Shown here one piece after another: positions 37,059-41,326 of a DNA stretch of 41,326 nucleotides; the stretch's first letter is position 1; every line of letters begins with the position of its first letter. This stretch comes from Phoronis australis (lineage: Eukaryota; Animalia; Phoronida): contig NMRA01000015.1 of the NCBI GenBank assembly GCA_002633005.1, forward strand, positions 917,235 to 958,560, read 5' to 3'. Below the pieces are notes generated by a model. The model saw only the letters and a list, made by a program, of their open reading frames with translations. It did not search any database and was not told the origin of the DNA. A program made the position numbers and the translations under genes.

Positions 37059-37217
37059 CTAGGTGGCCTGAATCAAAAGAAGCTTTCCCTGATCAAGGCA
37101 GTTAATTTTTATTTTTAAAATTATAAACAGTGCATTTGATGAATTCAGAACAGAAATCCTTTTCCTAAGTCAACGAACAACGCATTTATTGTTATATAAA
37201 TTATATGTGTACATCTT

Positions 37218-37302
37218 AGGACACCCCGTGTGGCACTGAACTCGCCCCGAAGCTCACTATGGACAAACCCCGTGTGGCACTGAACTCGCCGCGAAGCTCA
37301 CT
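37218..37302. repeat. Two-copy tandem duplication, about 44-bp unit
   Basis: ccccgtgtggcactgaactcgcc.cgaagctcact occurs twice in succession. Confidence 0.9.
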
Positions 37303-37439
37303 TTGTAACTTACGCGTCTAGTGACACCTATTGACAGGTGTTCAAACAAGTCAAGGTTTGTCAGTTGAAACCTTTTCCGAGCATTTGAACATAGTTCTTT
37401 AATAGAGGAATTATCTACATCACAGAGACAAGGAGCCAC

Positions 37440-37860
37440 AACGGTTCTGTCCAAGTTTACAAATGATGCTGAACTGCAGTCTCTAGATAACTGACGACCA
37501 ATATCATTACTAAACACTGATTATAAACTCTACTTATATTAGTTCCTACATCCCGTCTAAATATCACCCGAGTCAAACAGTTGTTCAAGGATGGTATACA
37601 AGGAGGGTGTATATAATTTACACTACGAACCAACAGAGAGTTGTCAATAGTGCCTTTCCTACAAATTCTTTTCCCATAGAAAGGGGAGTGAGACAAGGGT
37701 GATTCCTCGTCAGAAGGTCCATTGTTTTGCCAAGAAATATTGAATTTATGGCCAATTACATAATAAATTGCAATCTAATAAAAGGCATGCACGTTGAAAA
37801 TATGACGTAAAAATTGTTCAGTACGCAAATGGTGCTACCTTATTTCTACAAGATGTAACT
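37440..37860 (+). mobile_element. Decayed non-LTR retrotransposon reverse-transcriptase fragment (Tx1/L1-like)
   Basis: LDN*RPISLLNTDYKL (37482-37530), SFPIERGVRQG (37665-37700), IKG...VKIVQYANGATLFL (37778-37848, YADD decayed to YANG). Internally deleted and frameshifted. Confidence 0.85.
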
Positions 37861-39271
37861 TTTTAAATAAATTTTTAAAACAGTTGTCTGACATACAGCT
37901 ATATCGTTTTCATGAAACAAAATGTTTTTTATTGTAATATGACTAGTTAAGTCTTATATTTTAGTATATATAAAGTTTGATAGTTAGCGAAGATATCGCT
38001 AGGAACCTCAAGCAAACTTTGAGCTAACAGTTGTCCAATCTCAAGTAAAATTTCAACCAACCTCCGTCCAGCAAAGTTGTTATAACACCTTAATGGCAGC
38101 ACATGTCTGTTTACGCGGGCTACTCATTTGCGACAAAACTTATCGTTCTCAAGCATTTTTCAACGTACTTCATTAGACATATTCACATCGTCGCTATATG
38201 TTGTGTTTCTAAATAATTTGACCAAGCAATCACAGATGAGTTACTATACTGCGTGCGGAAAGTTCCACCGTCTCAGTGCCGGGGACGCGGCGAGAGACTA
38301 TCCCGAGTTCCCTTAGATCGAGCGATATAATTGCCTACCGTGGCCCTAGCCTGAAATTATTTGAAGCAGTTGAATTCTAAGTAAATTACACTTGTTTCAC
38401 AAGCTTTTTCTTGAGAGTATGCACTGAAATAGAACTATCAATTACGAAGCTAGATTTTACTAGATTTACTCAGAACCAGCGTGTTTTCAATACTAGCTCA
38501 GTCACGTTTCTCGTGGCCACCAGTTTGAGCGCCATCTATCATCTGACCTTTGTACTCGAACAGGTTCGCTGAAAATTCTTCCGCTTACAATAAGTAGATA
38601 ACAATCCAGTCTTCTTATCTTCAGCTTTTGACGTACTAGTAAGATTAAATTTGGTTTAAAAATTCTTTTAAGCTCAGAAAAATAGTTTGTTGACAAATTT
38701 ACAGATGATACTGCAAATTGCATAATTAATAAGTGCCGGATGTAAATAAAATCTGTTATGACAATAGTGATTGGCCAGTTTTTGCCACATTGTAAAATTT
38801 TACACAATCACTGTAGCTGTGACAAGATTATGGGACTTGCGTATGAAAAAAGTTCGAAAATACGGCTGTATTCGTGTGGTAATATCCACTTCATTTTGTT
38901 CCAAGTTGGTGAGTGGTGTTTTAAAATTTTTATCTGAAATTTATCGAAGTATTTTCTTATTCTTACTCCTTCATGATTTGGTTTCAGAACAAAACAAGCC
39001 ACATTGGAGCAGGTAGAACCTGACGACTTACTTTAAGACGGATTTTTGCGGACACAGTACTGGTAAGTGCAAAAAGTTTACGAACAAGTCAACTTGGCAA
39101 AATGCAACAGAACAGTTGTAATTTCCAAAAATAGCTACGGGTTAATATTTTGTTCAATTTGGTAGGTGACTCACCCTGACTACTCTGTATGTTAGTGAAA
39201 GTCTACTTATCTGGCGGAAATGTACGTGAGCAGCCCGTTTATAAAATTATTTTTCCTTAGTTTCCATACGG

Positions 39272-39487
39272 GATGCACTTGCCTAGACATAAGGCAATGA
39301 CCATCGCCTCTGTTGGCCCGAACCAGAAGCTATAGGTATTTATAACAACGTGACTCTGATGGTTTAGTCGGTGCGAGGCATAATTCGCCGTAAAGCTTCC
39401 GGCGTACAGAGCGCCTATAGCCTCTGCATCTTCTCTGGTTCGGGCCAACAGAGGCGATGGTCATTGCCTAGCCTAGACAGTGCCATC
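39272..39487. repeat. Foldback element with a perfect 36-bp inverted repeat
   Basis: 39292-39327 is the exact reverse complement of 39434-39469. Further imperfect pairing inside (gctatagg/cctatagc) and outside. Confidence 0.9.
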
Positions 39488-39532
39488 GGTACCAGACCAC
39501 GTTGAACTGGGCCAGCACAGCTGGCACAGACG

Positions 39533-40710
39533 TAGGCAACACGTATCCCCATGGTTGGCTGGTTAGGGGCTACAATACTTTCCATCACTTTCTGTACTAA
39601 TTTCGTCCTGTGTATTTTAAAGTCACGATAGGTGAAATCCACTCTCCGATTAAGAGTTTTCATCTCGTCTAAAATACATTCTACACTTAAAACTATCACT
39701 TTAAAAAGCACTTACTTTCTTCAGTGATCTTTTCTGCTTCTACACATATCTTCAATGAAGCACAGGCAATTACATGCCAGAGGCATACAGGGGCAATAGT
39801 TCATCTCCACAAAAAGTTACGAATTTCAAAATTCAGGAAATAAAATCAAATGAATCGTGTCTATATGCACATGGAGTTATAATTAACGCATATCAGAAGT
39901 CTGGAGATGATTCGGTCAAGGTAATTTGAACAAATCAATGAAAATCTGTCGCGCTTTGCTCGAATTTCTCTTACTGGGTGCCATTTTGACGAATAAAAAG
40001 TCCAAGGGGCACAAATCTTACACATTTCACCTGATACCTTGCCATGTTATTTTGCATGTGTTGCGCGCCAGCATCACGCGCTTCGCTCAGTCTCATGCTA
40101 GCCTTTGCCTAACTCACGTAACTGAGTTAAAATACTTTGTGGTTATCGCGCATGCGGTGAAAAAGTTAACGGTGGCCAAAAAGTGGAGGTGGAATTCTTC
40201 GTCAAAGTTACCTTAATTGTCGTAGCTATACGTCATTGAAGATATGTGTAGAAGTAGGAAGGAACACTAAAGAAAGTAAGCACTTTTTTAAGTTATGGTT
40301 TTAAGTGTAGAATGTATTTTTGATAACTCTCAATCAGTGACCGGATTTGGCCTACCGCCCGTTTAAATTACACGCCACGAAATTCGTACAGAAAGCAATG
40401 GGAAGTATTGTAGCCCTAACCGGCCAACCGAGGGGCAACGTGGTGCCTAAATGAATCATAGCTACGAGAATTAAGGTGACTTTGGCGAAGAATTCCAACT
40501 CCACTTTTTTGGTCACAGTATTTCAACTGAGTCACGTGAGTTAGGCAAAGGCTAGCGCTTGACTGAGCGAACCGTGTGACCTGGTACGTGACACTTGCAA
40601 AATAGTATGGGAAGATGTTGGGTGCAATTTGTAAGATTTGCGTCCCTTGAACTCTTTCTTCATCAACAGGCGTGTATGTCTGTGGCATTCAGGGTCGATG
40701 TAATTGGCTT
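39533..40710 (-). mobile_element. Older non-autonomous DNA element (about 482 bp own sequence) interrupted by an inverted copy of its own family
   Basis: Flanked by GCACAGACG (39524-39532) and GTACGGACG (40711-40719). Its two halves, 39533-39762 and 40459-40710, are reverse complements of parts of the inner copy. Confidence 0.75.
39763..40449 (+). mobile_element. 687-bp non-autonomous DNA element, 9-bp TSD (Mutator-like by TSD length), nested in a same-family copy
   Basis: Ends CAGGCA...TGCCTA. Flanked by AATGAAGCA (39754-39762) and AATGAATCA (40450-40458). Confidence 0.8.
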
Positions 40711-40879
40711 GTACGGACGGTGATCATCCCAAAGGGCCGTCATACGCTGGAAACTTTTCGGCTCATGCCTCACGATGACTAAACCATCTAAGTGTCATTA
40801 CTTTAATTACCTCTTGAGCATAGTGGGACACCTTAGGAGACAATTTATGTTATTAATTCCTTCGAACTTGAACAAATAA

Positions 40880-41326
40880 TTACTCTGGAGTTCCGAATAG
40901 TAGTAGAGACAGCAATAATAGTATAGACTGGAAAATTTCACGATTTTTAATAATAGTAGAGACTCTAATAATAGTATAGACCCAACATTTTTGCCACCAG
41001 AAAAGTAGAATAATAGTATAGACCGGAAATTGTCAAAAAAAATTAATAATAGTATAGAATGGAATAATGGTATAGACGGCAAATTTGTGGAAATTTAAAC
41101 ATAGTATAGACTGGAATAATAATATTGGTTACAAATTTAGGTAAAATCTAATAACGTTAGAGAAGAGAATAATAATGCAAAACAGCAAATTCTTAGGAAT
41201 AATGGTATAGACGGGAAATTTGTGGAAAATTAAAAATAATATAGACTGGAATAATAACATTGATTACAAATTTGCGTAAAATGTAGTAACGGTAGATGGA
41301 AATAATAGGAAGTGCAAAATCTAATA
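40880..41326. repeat. Degenerate AT-rich satellite-like array (core AATAATAGTATAGAC) with an about 136-bp higher-order period; runs off the window
   Basis: Core motif recurs about 10 times. ggaataatggtatagacgg.aaatttgtggaaa starts near 41061 and again near 41196. Confidence 0.8.

Noticed and set aside
39926-40688. Two opposite-strand ORFs sharing TRFAQS.ASLCLTHVT.LKY, suggesting a duplicated gene pair
   Set aside because: The similarity comes from the inverted copies of the nested non-coding transposon; there are no splice signals or domain evidence.
1-41326. A novel prokaryote-style system (defence island, retron, CRISPR, operon)
   Set aside because: The window is spliced animal DNA with very low coding density. 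The RT-like pieces are dead LINE fragments with stops and a mutated YADD.

Overview
AT-rich, intron-containing animal (invertebrate metazoan) genomic DNA, not a prokaryotic locus. Nearly all ORFs in the supplied track are spurious. Two real genes are readable, both on the + strand. (1) The last two coding exons of a GLT8D1/GLT8D2-like glycosyltransferase family 8 gene (796-908, 2773-2954). (2) A complete 7-coding-exon Brachyury (T/TBXT) gene, 18680-31032, 1266 nt CDS / 421 aa. All six of its introns are GT-AG and phase-compatible, and two short exons (23936-23997, 24881-24936) are missing in the correct frame from the ORF track. This Brachyury has a canonical T-box and a C-terminal WSPLTPP, but a divergent N-terminus lacking the HLLxAV motif, and a His7 tract. 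The non-coding DNA holds two decayed Tx1/L1-type LINE fragments, a tRNA-derived SINE whose head is amplified as a 71-bp tandem array, several MITEs with readable target-site duplications, minisatellites and a self-nested 9-bp-TSD element. It also holds candidate Wnt/TCF and T-box/GATA cis-regulatory clusters. I found no evidence for a new multi-gene biological system. The most interesting signals are the divergent Brachyury, its candidate enhancers and the unusual transposon architectures.
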